From: an uncultured Candidatus Saccharibacteria bacterium
Lineage (GTDB): Bacteria > Patescibacteriota > Minisyncoccia > RBG-13-40-8-A
Direction of reading: 5' to 3'
Length of the DNA stretch: 64,000 nucleotides
Assembly (NCBI GenBank): GCA_965231075.1
Contig: OZ246412.1
Span: 257,587 to 321,586, forward strand
Shown: in pieces, positions 39,274 to 48,152 of the stretch
Layout: the number at the start of each line of letters is the position of its first letter
How positions within the stretch are numbered: position 1 is the first letter of the stretch
Program-made: the position numbers and the translations under genes
Notes under the pieces: model-generated
Told to the model about the DNA's origin: nothing
Databases searched by the model: none
The model's input: only the letters and a program-made list of their open reading frames with translations

Positions 39274-39359
39274 GCCGGGGTGGCGGAATGGCAGACGCAC
39301 TAGCTTCAGGTGCTAGCGAACGCAAGTTCGTGCGAGTTCAAATCTCGCTCCCGGCACCA
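39274..39359 (+). tRNA. tRNA-Leu (CAG).
   Basis: Acceptor stem GCCGGGG, anticodon loop UUCAGGU, a long variable arm, T-arm GAGUUCAAAUCUCGC, and an encoded CCA. Confidence 0.8.
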
Positions 39360-39419
39360 TAATTCGTTTATACATAGAATACTCTTGACAAGTATTTTTT
39401 TGTTTGTTAGTGTATAATA

Positions 39420-39655
39420 ACTGGTTGGGGATCCCGAGGGCACTTTTGTGGAGGGCTTCCCATCCCTCCTCCCGTTTTTTCCCATCACAACCCCCCTTTT
39501 GCATCAGCCCAAGGGATCCCCGCCTCACTCTGTTCATTTGCACCTTGAAACGTTTTCGTGCCCCACGCACGAATTTGTTAGCCCCCTCACAAGATAGCCT
39601 CTGGCTAAGTCCATGCTTCTTCTTGCGAGGGGCATTTTTTTATTATATAATTGAA
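39420..39655 (+). promoter_or_regulatory. Structured C-rich leader with two terminator-like hairpins ahead of csaA-trpS.
   Basis: GGAGGG-cuucccau-CCCUCC then UCCCGUUUUUU at about 39450-39490. GCCCCCUCACAAGA...UCUUGCGAGGGGC then AUUUUUUUAUUAU ends about 10 nt before the ATG. Confidence 0.35.
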
Positions 39656-39658
39656 CTT

Positions 39659-39985
39659 ATGGACAAAATAAATTACGAAGATTTTCAAAAATTAGATATT
39701 AGAATTGCAACTGTTCTTGAAGCGGAACCCGTACCGGAAACAACTAAACTTTTAAAATTAAAAGTAGACCTTGGGGATGAATCAAGAGTTCTGGTTGCCG
39801 GCATCGCCGAAACATATAAACCAGAAGACATTGTCGGAAAACAAATTCCAATTTTAACTAACCTTGAACCAAGAACGATAAAAGGGGTTGAAAGCAATGG
39901 AATGATACTGGCTGCAGACGTAGACGGAAAAGCAATTCTTTTACATCCTGATCAAAAAATAATCAATGGCAGTAAAATAAGATAA
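39659..39985 (+). CDS. csaA: tRNA-binding protein of the CsaA/Trbp111-like type (EMAP domain).
   Basis: MDKINYEDFQKLDIRIATVLEAEPVPE...LKVDLGDESRVLVAGIA. The upstream in-frame extension of the listed ORF 39404-39985 is a GC-rich leader. Confidence 0.65.
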   Translation: MDKINYEDFQKLDIRIATVLEAEPVPETTKLLKLKVDLGDESRVLVAGIAETYKPEDIVGKQIPILTNLEPRTIKGVESNGMILAADVDGKAILLHPDQKIINGSKIR

Positions 39986-39986
39986 T

Positions 39987-40979
39987 ATGAGAATTTTAAG
40001 TGGAATACAACCGACCGGAGAACTACACATTGGAAACTATTTGGGAGCAATAAAACAATGGGTAGAACTCCAAAACGCGAAAAGCATTGATCCGAAAACA
40101 GGATGTATTTTTATGGTTGTTGATTTACACTCTCTAACTGTTGCCTACGATCCGGGACAAATGCAAAAAAGAATTTTGGATATTGTTTTAGATTATTTAG
40201 CAGCGGGAATTGACCCTAAACAAAACACAATCTTTGTTCAGTCACAAATCAAGGAACACGCCGAACTGGCATGGTTATTACAAACCATCACTCCGATGGG
40301 CGAATTAGAAAGAATGACGCAGTACAAAGACAAATCCAAAGAAAATAAAGACAATATTAACGCTGGATTGTTTGCTTATCCAGTTTTGATGGCTGCCGAT
40401 ATTTTGTTATATAAAACCACGATTGTGCCAGTTGGCGACGATCAAGCACAACACGTAGAGTTAACCCGAGAAATTGCCAGAAAATTTAATGGCAGATTCG
40501 GGCAAACGTTTCCTGAGCCCAAAGCCCAATTACAAAAAACCGGCGCAAGAATAATGTCTCTCACCGATCCCCTTCAAAAAATGAGCAAATCCATTCCACA
40601 AGGATGTATATTTTTAAATGATTCCGAAGAAAAAATTAGGGAAAAAATAAAAACCGCAGTCACTGACTCCGGCAAAGAAATTAAATTTGATGAAACTAAT
40701 AAGCCCGCAATCTCAAATCTTTTAACTATCTATCACCTATTTTCTGAAAAATCGATTAAGGAAATCGAAAAAGAATATGAGGGTAAGGGGTACGGTGATT
40801 TCAAATCAGGATTAGCTGATGTGGTTGTGGAAAAATTAAAAGAATTCCAAGAAAAGCGCAAACAGTTTGAGAAAAACCCTGAACTAGTCAAAAAGATTCT
40901 AGCCCAAGGTGCCAAAAAAGCTCAAAAAATCGCCGAAGAAACCATGAAAGAGGTTAAGACAAAAATGGGATTGATTTAA
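39987..40979 (+). CDS. trpS: Tryptophan--tRNA ligase.
   Basis: The HIGH-like motif is GIQPTGELHIGNYLGA and the KMSKS motif is QKMSKS. Confidence 0.9.
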   Translation: MRILSGIQPTGELHIGNYLGAIKQWVELQNAKSIDPKTGCIFMVVDLHSLTVAYDPGQMQKRILDIVLDYLAAGIDPKQNTIFVQSQIKEHAELAWLLQTITPMGELERMTQYKDKSKENKDNINAGLFAYPVLMAADILLYKTTIVPVGDDQAQHVELTREIARKFNGRFGQTFPEPKAQLQKTGARIMSLTDPLQKMSKSIPQGCIFLNDSEEKIREKIKTAVTDSGKEIKFDETNKPAISNLLTIYHLFSEKSIKEIEKEYEGKGYGDFKSGLADVVVEKLKEFQEKRKQFEKNPELVKKILAQGAKKAQKIAEETMKEVKTKMGLI

Positions 40980-42363
40980 GTAATTCTTGTTTTTGTTCTG
41001 CTAATAGTTCTTGAGTGTCGGCTTCGATGGTTAGACGGAGGACGGATTCTGTGTTGGAGGCACGTAAATTAAACCACCAATCGGTATATTCTACAGTTAA
41101 ACCATCGATATGAAAAATATTCGGTAATCGGCCAAAACGGCTGATTTTTTTATATTTCTCTTCTACTCTTTTAATATGAATGTCGGCATTTCTGATGTCT
41201 TTAATTTTAATTTCAATTCTCTCTTGTTTAAAGCGATTAAAATGTTCAATTAATTCCGACAAGGGAACTTTTACTTTCGACAGGATTTCCATAATTTTTA
41301 TAAAAATTAATAATGGCGCCTCAACATAGTCTGTGTCTTTAAAATAATAGTGTCCCGATGCTTCGCAACCAAAAACAACTCCCTCTCTGGCCATGGTTTC
41401 TTTAATAAATGAATGACCAACCCTAGAACAAACAACTTCGTTGCCACTATCTAGTGCTTCTTCTTTGATAATTCTACTGCTCACTGCAGTATAAAGAATA
41501 ATTCCTCCACGCTTAAAATAATAATGAATAATGATTGCAGCAATTAGATCCGGATCGATTCTTTGTCCTCTTTCGTCGACAAATAAAATTCTGTCGCCGT
41601 CGCCATCAAAGGCAATACCAAAATCGGCATTTTCGGAAACAACCTTTTCTTGAAGGATTTTTGTATTTTCTGGATTGATCGGATTGGGATCATGATTGGG
41701 GAAAGATCCGTCCATTTCGCCAAACAAATTAATAAATTCGACGTTTTTTAATTCTGGTGCCAGAGCCGAAATCGTTTCTCCGGCCATGCCATTACCCGTA
41801 TCAACAACCACCTTAAATTTGTTTGTATCGTTGGCATGACTAAGATCTAAAATTTTGGCAATATATTCTCTTAAAATTTCCTTTTTTGTGGTTTTGCCTT
41901 TTTTGCTTGCATCTTTTAGGAACTTATCTTGCGTTAAATTTTTTATTCTTTGTAACCCTCCTTCACCCATCGGTAATGCATTTTTTCTAAAAATTTTAAA
42001 GCCATTGTATTCTTTGGGATTGTGTGAAGCAGTTATCATTACTCCCCCGTCGGTTTTAAACTTGATTATTGCCCGATAAAACATTGGCGTTGTTGCCATG
42101 CCAACATCGATTACATCAATTCCTTGGTCTTTAATTCCTCTAACTGCTTCGCTAAACAATTCTTCCGACGATAACCTATTGTCTCTGGCAATAACCAGCT
42201 TACTTGTTGTTTTTTCGCGCAGTTTAAATGTTTTATCTTCTGGTTTTATGCTTAAAACAAAAGCGCTCGCCCTACCAATTTTATAGGCAATGTCTTGATT
42301 AATTTCATCAGGATATTTTCCTCTAACGTCATAAGCCTTAAAAATTTTATCTAAATTATCCAT
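40954..42363 (-). CDS. Phosphoglucomutase/phosphomannomutase.
   Basis: Active-site TASHNPKEYNGFK and metal loop FDGDGDR. Confidence 0.85.
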   Translation of the reverse strand: MDNLDKIFKAYDVRGKYPDEINQDIAYKIGRASAFVLSIKPEDKTFKLREKTTSKLVIARDNRLSSEELFSEAVRGIKDQGIDVIDVGMATTPMFYRAIIKFKTDGGVMITASHNPKEYNGFKIFRKNALPMGEGGLQRIKNLTQDKFLKDASKKGKTTKKEILREYIAKILDLSHANDTNKFKVVVDTGNGMAGETISALAPELKNVEFINLFGEMDGSFPNHDPNPINPENTKILQEKVVSENADFGIAFDGDGDRILFVDERGQRIDPDLIAAIIIHYYFKRGGIILYTAVSSRIIKEEALDSGNEVVCSRVGHSFIKETMAREGVVFGCEASGHYYFKDTDYVEAPLLIFIKIMEILSKVKVPLSELIEHFNRFKQERIEIKIKDIRNADIHIKRVEEKYKKISRFGRLPNIFHIDGLTVEYTDWWFNLRASNTESVLRLTIEADTQELLAEQKQELLKSIPFLS

Positions 42364-42446
42364 ATGTTTATATTATAACATAAAATTTAAAATAGAGTCG
42401 ATTCAGGTATTTGACTTTTATTATATTTCTGATATCATTAATAGTA

Positions 42447-42908
42447 ATGGAAAACGAGCTAAAACAATATGAATTGACTTGTATTTTGGAACCACATTTA
42501 GATGGTTCTAGTTTAGACAACTTTAAAAAAGACCTGGAAAAGACGATTATCGACAACAAGGGAAAACTTGTTCGTTTGTCAGAACCGGAAAAAAGAGAAC
42601 TTTCTTATCCTATTAATAAACAAGGAATTGCAATTTATATTGTTGCCCATATTGATTTCGAATCAAGCGATATTAATGAATTTCTAAAAGAACTTAGAGC
42701 CAATAAACTTATTATTAGACATCTAATAACCACTCTAGAAATTCCGAAAGCTGACTCCGACAAACCAAAAGCACCGAAGAAACCAAGAATTAAAAAAGAA
42801 GAAGAAGGTAAGGACAAACCCGCCTTCGCTAAAGCTCCGACGAGCAAGCAAGATAATCTTAATTTAGAGGAAATTGATAAAAAGCTAGACGAATTAGTCG
42901 GCTTATAA
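42447..42908 (+). CDS. rpsF: 30S ribosomal protein S6, with a C-terminal lysine/acidic extension.
   Basis: MENELKQYELTCILEPHLD is an S6 N-terminus. It is the first gene of the rpsF-ssb-rpsR cluster. Confidence 0.75.
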   Translation: MENELKQYELTCILEPHLDGSSLDNFKKDLEKTIIDNKGKLVRLSEPEKRELSYPINKQGIAIYIVAHIDFESSDINEFLKELRANKLIIRHLITTLEIPKADSDKPKAPKKPRIKKEEEGKDKPAFAKAPTSKQDNLNLEEIDKKLDELVGL

Positions 42909-42924
42909 TCAACTCCCTAATTAT

Positions 42925-43383
42925 ATGAATCTAAATAAAGTTTTCATAATTGGTAACTTAACCAGAGATCCCGAATCAAGAGCGTTGCCAAGTGGACAGA
43001 TGGTTTCTAATTTTGGTTTAGCAACTAATCGCGTATGGTTCGATGCTAATACCAAAGAAAAGAAACAACAAGTAGAATTTCATAATGTTGTCGCTTTCGG
43101 TAAATTGGCTGAAATTTGTAATCAATATTTAAAAAAAGGAACCATGGCGATGATTGAAGGCAGAATTCAAACCAGAAGCTGGCAAGATCAGTCGGGCGCC
43201 ACTAAATACAGAACCGAAATTATCGCTGAAAAAATGCAAATGGGACCAAGAACAAGCGGTGGAACACAAAACGTTCCCAAAGACGCCCAAGAATCAAGTG
43301 TTCCCGTTGAACAATTAGAAGAAATTCAAATTGACGAAGAAGTTCCGGTCGATGAAATAAAAAGTGAAGATATACCATTTTAA
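42925..43383 (+). CDS. ssb: Single-stranded DNA-binding protein.
   Basis: An OB-fold (NLNKVFIIGNLTRDPE...) and a C-terminal acidic tail ending DIPF. Confidence 0.85.
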   Translation: MNLNKVFIIGNLTRDPESRALPSGQMVSNFGLATNRVWFDANTKEKKQQVEFHNVVAFGKLAEICNQYLKKGTMAMIEGRIQTRSWQDQSGATKYRTEIIAEKMQMGPRTSGGTQNVPKDAQESSVPVEQLEEIQIDEEVPVDEIKSEDIPF

Positions 43384-43384
43384 T

Positions 43385-43573
43385 ATGAAGAAAGATTGCT
43401 TTTTTTGCAAAAACAATATTAAAGACGTTGACTATAAAGACACAAACATATTGTCGAAATATTTGGATCCTCTGAAAAAGATCAGGGCCCCAAGATATAC
43501 CGGCGCTTGCGCAACCCACCAACGAAAAGTTTCCAACGCTATCAAACGCGCCCGCACAATGGGATTGATATAA
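43385..43573 (+). CDS. rpsR: 30S ribosomal protein S18.
   Basis: CFFCK...DYKD...LSKYL...RITGxCAxHQRKV...AIKRARxMGLI. It probably starts at the internal Met of ORF 43364-43573. Confidence 0.8.
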   Translation: MKKDCFFCKNNIKDVDYKDTNILSKYLDPLKKIRAPRYTGACATHQRKVSNAIKRARTMGLI

Positions 43574-43585
43574 AAACACTACTGA

Positions 43586-43653
43586 AATAAAAAAATGCCT
43601 CCCGCGGGGGAGGCTTTTTGGTCTTCTAAAATTGAAGGGTCATCGATACGGCT
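43586..43653. repeat. 68-bp direct repeat, copy 1, containing a minus-strand terminator.
   Basis: Identical to 43984-44051. It contains CCUCCCCCGCGGGAGG followed by a T-run on the minus strand. Confidence 0.7.
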
Positions 43654-43689
43654 ACGTGAACATTCGGTTAAGGTACAGATTTGATATGC

Positions 43690-43911
43690 CTACTGAATAA
43701 TCCTTTTGTAGACTATATTCAGTGGCTTGTGGTTGACTGGGTTAGGTACGGACAGAACGATACTTCCGTCTTTTTGAGCTTCGGCAGCCGACTTCCATCC
43801 GTAATCAAATCCTCGTTTCCATTCCCTGGTCCTATCGGCTTGCCAGAGAATCCCGATCAAGGAGAAGATTACGATCGAAATGATCATGATCACAAACTCT
43901 TTCTTCTTCAT
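43690..43911 (-). CDS. Small membrane-anchored protein.
   Basis: 73 aa with an N-terminal transmembrane helix. The RBS is GGAGGAACC. A promoter TTGACA-N17-TATAAT lies at 43947-43975. Confidence 0.4.
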   Translation of the reverse strand: MKKKEFVIMIISIVIFSLIGILWQADRTREWKRGFDYGWKSAAEAQKDGSIVLSVPNPVNHKPLNIVYKRIIQ

Positions 43912-43983
43912 GGTTCCTCCTGTTTCGTAATTTTGACTACATTTATATTATACACCCAAATTAAAATCCTGTCAAGAATTTTG

Positions 43984-44051
43984 AATAAAAAAATGCCTCC
44001 CGCGGGGGAGGCTTTTTGGTCTTCTAAAATTGAAGGGTCATCGATACGGCT
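43984..44051. repeat. 68-bp direct repeat, copy 2.
   Basis: A perfect copy of 43586-43653. It supplies the last codons, the stop and the terminator of the 58-aa gene. Confidence 0.7.
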
Positions 44052-44203
44052 TGGTCAGTCTTCCTGTTGGAGTTGAGATCCCAGCGTCAATTAGAAACTG
44101 CTTCGCTGCTGCGGGATCCTTTTTCAGTTCCCTGGCGCGCCTTTTCATGTCTCTAAATATAGCAGCGTGTTCCTTTTCGAGTTGCGTTTTTCCTATTTTC
44201 ATG
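44027..44203 (-). CDS. Small basic protein of 58 aa, below the ORF-track size cutoff.
   Basis: Hand translation gives MKIGKTQLEKEHAAIFRDMKRRARELKKDPAAAKQFLIDAGISTPTGRLTKPYR. The RBS is GGAGGAAACC. A promoter TTGACA-N17-TATATT lies at 44269-44297. Confidence 0.35.
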
Positions 44204-44335
44204 GTTTCCTCCATTGATGGTTATAATGTACATTTGAGAATATTTTACTCTCACACATAATATAGGCTCAAACTAAAATCCTGTCAACACAAAAGGGGCA
44301 GACCGAAGGTCTGCCCCTTTTTAATCAAATTAACG

Positions 44336-45346
44336 TTAGTATTCCGGTTTGGCGGCTTTTTGGATATCGGATAAAAGTTTTTTGGCGATGGGCTTGTTTT
44401 GACGCAAAAATTCTTTAGCTTTTTCTGTACCCACTCCCAATTTTTCGTCCCCATATGATAACGTAGACGCAACTTTCTTGATAATTCCATGCTTTAATCC
44501 GGCATTCACCAGATCTCCTTCATAGGAAATTCCTTCATTAAACATAATATCAAACTCTGCTGACTGAAATGGCGCTGCAACCTTGTTCTTCACAACCTTG
44601 GCCTTCACACGACTACCAATCGATTCTTCACCTTTTTTAATTTGGGCAATTTTCTTTAATTCCACTCTTACCGATGAATAAAATTTTAGTGCCTTACCCC
44701 CCGGGGTTGTTTCGGGGTTACCAAACATCATTCCAATCTTCATTCTGATTTGATTTATAAAGATAACCACGCAATTCGTTTTGGCAATTACTGAATTTAA
44801 TTTCCTCATTGCTTGAGACATGAGCCGTGCCTGAAGCCCAATAAATTGATCCCCTATCTCGCCCTCAATTTCTGCTTGTGGAGTTAATGCTGCAACCGAA
44901 TCAACAACCACAACATCAACACTTGCCGACTTTACTAATGATTCAACAATCTGTAATGCCTGCTCTCCCGAATCGGGTTGAGAGATTAAAAGGTCGTCAA
45001 TTTTGACTCCAATGCGCTTTGCATATTCGGGGTCCAAAGCATGCTCTGCGTCAACAAAAGCGGCCATACCGCCCTTTTTTTGCGCTTCAGCGACCATGTG
45101 CAAAGCTAGTGTGGTTTTACCCGAACTTTCGGCCCCAAATACTTCAATAATTCTACCCCTAGGCATACCTCCTACTCCTAACGCCAAATCAAGTGACGGA
45201 GAGCCGGTAGGAATCACGTCAACGTCAACTTTTTTGACTTCGCCCAATTTCATAATTGAGCCCTCGCCAAATTTCTGTTTAATTTCGTCAACTGTGTTTT
45301 CCAAAATCTTATCTTTATTGTCTTGATTAGTTGTTTGCTTTTTCAT
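44336..45346 (-). CDS. recA: Recombinase RecA.
   Basis: Walker [10 protein letters not shown], with L1/L2 loops and canonical RecA sequence throughout. Confidence 0.95.
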   Translation of the reverse strand: MKKQTTNQDNKDKILENTVDEIKQKFGEGSIMKLGEVKKVDVDVIPTGSPSLDLALGVGGMPRGRIIEVFGAESSGKTTLALHMVAEAQKKGGMAAFVDAEHALDPEYAKRIGVKIDDLLISQPDSGEQALQIVESLVKSASVDVVVVDSVAALTPQAEIEGEIGDQFIGLQARLMSQAMRKLNSVIAKTNCVVIFINQIRMKIGMMFGNPETTPGGKALKFYSSVRVELKKIAQIKKGEESIGSRVKAKVVKNKVAAPFQSAEFDIMFNEGISYEGDLVNAGLKHGIIKKVASTLSYGDEKLGVGTEKAKEFLRQNKPIAKKLLSDIQKAAKPEY

Positions 45347-45746
45347 AAATTATTCTTCTTATTATTGTATTAACTTTATTAAAACGATTTTTAGATTGAA
45401 TTTCAATATTGGTAACTTCATTGATAAGATTTTTTTCAAATTTAAAATTACCATCTTTATCAATATAAACATCAAATCCATCGATTGTAACTGTTGCCGT
45501 TGGTTCGGTCTTACCAATAATTTCGATTGTGCTTTGATTTGTAGAAATATCTGCTGGTGGTTGGGTTACTTCTAGTTTTGGCGGTTTAATTAAAAAACAA
45601 ATTTCACGATAAAAATATCCTAAAACTAAAATCAAAAAAACAACAAAAACAATTAATGCAATCTTTTTGGGCGTAAACATTAAGGCCTTCGATCTTCTCA
45701 TTGGCATTAATGGCTTGTCTTTGATGCTAATTCTTGTTTTTTGCAT
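45327..45746 (-). CDS. Hypothetical membrane-anchored protein.
   Basis: 139 aa with a transmembrane helix. It sits between ftsK and recA, overlapping the recA start. Confidence 0.35.
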   Translation of the reverse strand: MQKTRISIKDKPLMPMRRSKALMFTPKKIALIVFVVFLILVLGYFYREICFLIKPPKLEVTQPPADISTNQSTIEIIGKTEPTATVTIDGFDVYIDKDGNFKFEKNLINEVTNIEIQSKNRFNKVNTIIRRIIYEKANN

Positions 45747-45748
45747 AA

Positions 45749-48082
45749 CTAGAATTCGTCCTCTTCTTCTTTGATACTTTCTTCTTCAATTTCTGCCTGT
45801 TCCTCCTCTTCTTCTATTTCTTCTTCGATTTCCTCTTTCTCTTCTGGCTCAATATTCTTTTTTACGGTTGCATCTAAATCGCTAAGTGGTTCGCCTTCTT
45901 CTTCGTCTTCTTCGGTATCATTTTCAGAATTGAATTGATTTTTAGATTGAGCCATTAAAACTTCTCTCGGTTTTGAGCCTTCTGCTGGTCCAACAACGCC
46001 AAGTGCTTCTAGAGCGTCCAATAAACTGGCAGCTCGGGCATAACCAATTCTGAACATTCTTTGCAAATATGATGCTGATGCTTTTCCGGTTTTTACAACC
46101 AAATCCCTGGCTTCGTCTAACAAGGCGTCGTTTAGTGTTGAAGCATTGCTACCTCCCGAACCAAACACTCTGTCTTCGTCTGGCGACTTAGTAATTTCCT
46201 CTTCGTATTCAATTTCACCGGCCTCTTTCTTTAAGAATTTAACAACCCGTTGAACCTCTTTTTCAGAAATATAAACCCCTTGGATTCTGCGTGGCTTACC
46301 AGCATCTCCAGCAATAAACAACATGTCTCCATTGCCTAATAATTTTTCTGCTCCAGACATGTCAAGAATTGTGCGCGAATCAACCATCTGCGCAACCTGA
46401 AATGCGATTCTCGAAGTAATATTAGCTTTAATTAGACCAGTAATGACTTCGACTGACGGTCTTTGCGTGGAAAGCACTAAATGGATACCAACGGCACGTG
46501 ACATTTGTGCTAAACGCACAATCAATCCTTCAACCTCTTTGCCATAAGCCATCATAATATCGGCCAATTCATCAACCACAATAACAATAAACGGCAAAAT
46601 TTCTTTCGGTGACTTCTTTAACATTTTTTCGTTATAAGAAGCCAGGTCTCTAGAACCAACCTCGGCCAACATTCGATATCTTTCTTCCATTTCTTTAATT
46701 GCCCACTTAAAAGCATTAACTGTTTTTTGCACATCAACAATAACCGGAGCTAATAAGTGTGGAATGCCATTATATAGAGGAAGTTCTACGCGCTTGGGAT
46801 CAATCAAAATAAACTTTAATTCCCAGGGAGCTTTTTGATAAAGCAAGCTCGTAATTACAGAATTAATGCAAACGCTTTTTCCGGTTCCGGTTGCACCAGC
46901 GATTAACATGTGTGGCATTTTCATTAAATTGGTCCAAACCGACGTACCCGTAACGTCTCTTCCTAACGCTAAGTTTAGATGGTGACCATTTTTGCGTTCA
47001 TATTCTTCAAACATATTTCTAAATCTAACAAATGCCGGAACCTTATTAGGAATTTCAATGCCCACTAAAGATCGGCCAGGAATTGGCGCTTCGATTCTGA
47101 TAGGATGAGCAGCTAATGCCAAAGATATATCACGATGCAAGGTTGTAATTTTAGAAAGTTTAACTCCACCAGCTGGCCTAAATGTATATTGAGTAACAGT
47201 TGGGCCAACATTTACTTCGGCCATTTCTACGGGAATGCCGAAATTTTCCAACGTTCTTTGAATGATTAATTGATTTTGTTTTATGTCTCCACTCATCGGA
47301 TGGCCCTTGTCTTCTTCCAATAAATCAATTGGTGGAAAGGTATAATCCTGAACATCGATATTAGTTGTAGCAAGAAGTTTGTCTTTGTCTTTTTTTCCTG
47401 CCTCTTTAATGTTTTTTTCGTCTTTAATTTCTTCTTCTCCTTCTTCGGTTTTTGACTTCGAGAATATTCCTTTAACCAGATTGGCAACTTTTTTCTCTGG
47501 TTGATCAAAGCCAACTCCTTTAATTTCTTTAGAAATTTTTTCCATGCCCAGTTCCTCTTCTTTAGGTTTTTCTTCTTTGGGTGCTTTTTTGAGAGAAATA
47601 TTGAAAGCAATTAAAATTGAAATAACTAGTCCGGCCAAAAACACAACCAAGCCTGCCCACTTGCCGATAAGTTTTAAAAATGGCCAGGAAAACAAATATC
47701 CCAGCCAACCTGCACTTTTTGTGTCAATTGATGTGAATGTTTGGACAATTGCCAAAAAGCACAACAAAAACAAAAACATTCCCAATAGCGTCGAAAGGTA
47801 AACGTTTTTATGAATTTCTTTCAAAATTGCGATTGCTCCAGCAACAAATGCCAATGGTACCAACCACAAACATTTTCCAAACAGAAAACTGGACGCATCT
47901 AATAGGTATTCTCCCAAAACACCGCTTGCCGATTGAAAGCTTAATACAAAAATAACCGCTAATGTAAAAAGTAAAACCACAATTACTCCGCGTTTAGTTT
48001 CGTCGTTGATATTTAAATACTTCTTCTTTTCCCTTTTTTCGGGTTTAGAATCTTTTTTCTTTTTCTTCTTTGCCATACACAA
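45749..48082 (-). CDS. ftsK: DNA translocase FtsK/SpoIIIE.
   Basis: An N-terminal membrane domain, an ATPase domain (GATGTGKS, VVDELAD) and a gamma wHTH domain. There is an acidic C-terminal tail. Confidence 0.9.
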   Translation of the reverse strand: MCMAKKKKKKDSKPEKREKKKYLNINDETKRGVIVVLLFTLAVIFVLSFQSASGVLGEYLLDASSFLFGKCLWLVPLAFVAGAIAILKEIHKNVYLSTLLGMFLFLLCFLAIVQTFTSIDTKSAGWLGYLFSWPFLKLIGKWAGLVVFLAGLVISILIAFNISLKKAPKEEKPKEEELGMEKISKEIKGVGFDQPEKKVANLVKGIFSKSKTEEGEEEIKDEKNIKEAGKKDKDKLLATTNIDVQDYTFPPIDLLEEDKGHPMSGDIKQNQLIIQRTLENFGIPVEMAEVNVGPTVTQYTFRPAGGVKLSKITTLHRDISLALAAHPIRIEAPIPGRSLVGIEIPNKVPAFVRFRNMFEEYERKNGHHLNLALGRDVTGTSVWTNLMKMPHMLIAGATGTGKSVCINSVITSLLYQKAPWELKFILIDPKRVELPLYNGIPHLLAPVIVDVQKTVNAFKWAIKEMEERYRMLAEVGSRDLASYNEKMLKKSPKEILPFIVIVVDELADIMMAYGKEVEGLIVRLAQMSRAVGIHLVLSTQRPSVEVITGLIKANITSRIAFQVAQMVDSRTILDMSGAEKLLGNGDMLFIAGDAGKPRRIQGVYISEKEVQRVVKFLKKEAGEIEYEEEITKSPDEDRVFGSGGSNASTLNDALLDEARDLVVKTGKASASYLQRMFRIGYARAASLLDALEALGVVGPAEGSKPREVLMAQSKNQFNSENDTEEDEEEGEPLSDLDATVKKNIEPEEKEEIEEEIEEEEEQAEIEEESIKEEEDEF

Positions 48083-48097
48083 TTATTATATCACAAA

Positions 48098-48140
48098 TAT
48101 TTTATGTAAACAAAAACCTCGACAATTGTCGAGGTTTTTA
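48098..48140 (-). terminator. Rho-independent terminator after rpoC.
   Basis: AACCUCGACAAUUGUCGAGGUU followed by a T-run on the minus strand. Confidence 0.6.
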
Positions 48141-48152
48141 ATATCTATGATT

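Noticed and set aside
39306-39570. Minus-strand ORFs 39306-39488 and 39313-39570, and the N-terminal extension of ORF 39404-39985.
   Set aside because: They overlap tRNA-Leu and the C-rich structured leader. The translations are P/S/R-rich, as expected for GC-rich non-coding sequence. The real csaA start is the Met at 39659.
43681-44260. Plus-strand ORFs 43681-44076 and 44030-44260.
   Set aside because: They span the two 68-bp terminator repeats and are antisense to the small minus-strand genes that have clear promoters and Shine-Dalgarno sequences.
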